From assembly GCF_030684315.1 (NCBI RefSeq), contig NC_081393.1, positions 5,963,565-6,027,564 of the forward strand: a stretch of 64,000 nt of DNA, given 5' to 3'. The position numbers and the translations under genes were made by a program. Under the pieces are notes generated by a model. That model did not search any database, was not told the DNA's origin, and saw only the letters and a list, made by a program, of their open reading frames with translations. Position 1 is the first letter of the stretch. The number at the start of each line of letters is the position of its first letter. This stretch comes from Stegostoma tigrinum. Lineage: Eukaryota. Shown piece after piece: positions 61,698-64,000 of the stretch.

Positions 61698-64000
61698 CTC
61701 AGCATTGGAGGATCCCAACAGTCTAATCCTATCAGTAGAGAGAGAGAGAGAGAGGGGATGCAGTTAATATTTTGAGTCTCACGAGCCCCGCTTCCAATTT
61801 TCGACATTTCAATATTGTGGAGTTACGCTCGGGCAAGATCGATTGAAGGAAGTGTGAACAGTCCAACAGGATGCAGCAATCTCGACGAGATGAAATCGGG
61901 AGGTAGAGGCTTCTCACAGCCGGTCAGGGAGTCTTCAGGGGAGTGCAGATTGAAACTCAATGTTGTAACAGCCAAGAAACAACCCTGGGGACGTGCTTTC
62001 ACCTGCTCGGTGACCTGCCAGGAAAGGTTATCGCAGGATTCCGATTCAGCCACAACATTGGCCACTAAACTCAGGAAGTGACCTGCAACAGCATGCTTCA
62101 CCACCAGAGCAGTGGACAAAGAGCAGGGGACTGGCATCCACTCAGTAGTTCTACTATAGCACAGTTACAACATTTAAAAGCCATTTGGACAGGTACATGG
62201 ATAGGAAAGTTTCAGAGGGAAATGGGTCCAGTTCACTTTTTGGAAACTGGGTCAGCACACTTCGGTGCTGTATACCTCGACGGCAACTTGAGGCTAAGAG
62301 CTAGCATATGGATAATGGGCCACATAGCCTCTATCTCTGCTGTGTACCACTCTTGGCTTCTGTGTGTGTGGGGGCTCAAAGGAAGGTGAGACAGACAGAC
62401 AGACAGCCAGGTTATAATCCCTCATCTGTCTGACAATGTCAGGCCCCCTGTCTGCAACAAATCTTCAAGGAATAGGAGCTGGCCATTCAGCCCCTCAAGT
62501 CTATCCCCACCATTCGGCCAGAACATAGCCCATCAGCCCCTGAGTTTCATCCAGCTGTACATACTCTTCCCTCGCTTTCCTCCCTCTCTGAGTCTAGGCA
62601 AACCATAGCCCTGTGTGTGTGTGTGTGTGTGTGTCAGACTGACATCTATCGACATGTGAGCGGCAGAACCCTCAGAATACGGGAAAACAAACAAACAATG
62701 CCTGTGCTCTGGAAGAACCTTCACCTACAAAGCCACTGCACAAAGAGGGATGAGGTCGCTTGGCTACTAGCCAGCTGCAGGAATGCAATGGGCCAAATGG
62801 CCACCTTCAGGTGATTTGAGGAGTTGCGTTTGATAGGGATGGAGCTCATTCAGCAGGGTCACGTCTCACAGGGAAAAGCCAGGTTCCAATTGAAGCACAC
62901 AAGGAGAAACTCAGCCAATGTCTCCTAATTCCACACCCGATCGTGCCCCTCAACGAAGATCAATGATGGACCTGAACATGTGAGACACAGTCTGGGACAG
63001 AGTTCTTGCTGAAAGGCAGGAGAGAGCAGCAACCCCATGTGGAACAGGCTGAAAATCCGAGCAGGGTGACTTTCCAAGCAGTCTTAGCAAGTGCTTCTCA
63101 CGCAGAGAGGCTTAGTTGAGAAATTTCAGGATGGATGAATTAACACTGGCCTACCTCACCCTAACTGATCCTGTGCGCTACGCACAATGTAATGCATTTT
63201 GTGTCTCTGTGGAATGGCACCAGGCTCAGCTTCAGAACATTCTCCACATTAGCATGTCCTCACCCAGCCTTGGTGTTTGTTAAACTTCCAATGTTCTGTA
63301 TGCCAAAAGATTAAACATCTCAGGCAAATTTGGAAATCCCATGTATATACTGTAGGAGGAGGGAGCTGTTCCTGGTATCCTTGTTAACAGTTATCCTTCA
63401 GTTAATAACACTCCCTGGACATTATCACTGCTGTGCCCTCTATGACAATAACGGCTTCCATAAGGAAGACTTGATCAGCCATGACTTGCAAGGACAGGAG
63501 AGAGAGGATTTTCCCTGTCCATCCTATTAACAAGCTTGCCCTTTAGCAGACTGAACAGGATTGAGATGCTCTCCTGGCCCCTCTCTGACAAGTGGTGATA
63601 CTGTGTGCAAAGGGGCATGGTACCTGCCCCTTACCTGGAGGATATCGGTGCCTTACAACATTGGAAAGGACATCAGTGATGGAATAGTGGGCAGTGTGTT
63701 GTTGCCTGTAGTGTGTAGAAGTGAAGGAGGGAGGTGGAACAGTTTCATACTGTGTAGTCTGCGGTGTAACTAACAGGCTACAATGCCGAGCAATTAGAAA
63801 CTGGAGGGTATGACCACCAACGGTGCACTGACATTTTCGCCATCCCATAGGCGTGATCGAGCAGAGGATTACAGCTGTAGAACATGTGTGTGTGTGTGTG
63901 ATCACATCTGTGTGAGATTGATCTTGTGTATGAAAGGTTGAGGATGAGTGTAAGTGTGGGTGTGTGAGTGTGAACGTGTGTGTGTCTGTGTGTCAGTGTG

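Noticed and set aside
61815-62081. ORF with ARARS resembling ARHGAP25 exon 2 start (ARSRS)
   Set aside because: No suitable acceptor and no PH-domain motif (GWLKKQ...W) follows.
62698-62814. ATG...TTCAG|GTGATT as an alternative ARHGAP25 first exon
   Set aside because: Phase 2 rather than the required phase 1, and its end resembles a LINE/SINE tail.

Overview
Vertebrate genomic DNA, very likely from a shark. This is inferred from HE1/V-type tRNA SINEs, CR1 LINEs and Penelope-like elements. The window holds a complete 13-exon CDS2 gene (phosphatidate cytidylyltransferase 2) on the + strand: ATG at 993, TAG ending at 41508, 1308 nt / 435 aa, all introns GT-AG, with a probable ~6.5 kb 3'UTR to tandem AATAAA at ~48030. 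At the left edge is what appears to be the start of a divergently transcribed PCNA (ATG at 5..3 on the - strand), with a compact promoter and a short 5'UTR intron. The first coding exon of ARHGAP25 (+, 56769-56832) lies downstream. Non-coding DNA is dominated by CR1 fragments, SINEs, Penelope-like retroelements (RT + GIY-YIG) and large tandem repeats, which account for nearly all the long ORFs in the ORF track. The most unusual signal is about ten hammerhead-ribozyme-like motifs (CUGANGA-stem-GAAA) from several Penelope terminal-repeat families. Many sit in 80-600 bp insertions with 14-16 bp target-site duplications. In one fold-back insertion the hairpin apex coincides with the predicted ribozyme cleavage site. 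All gene identifications come from recalled homology, not from database searches.
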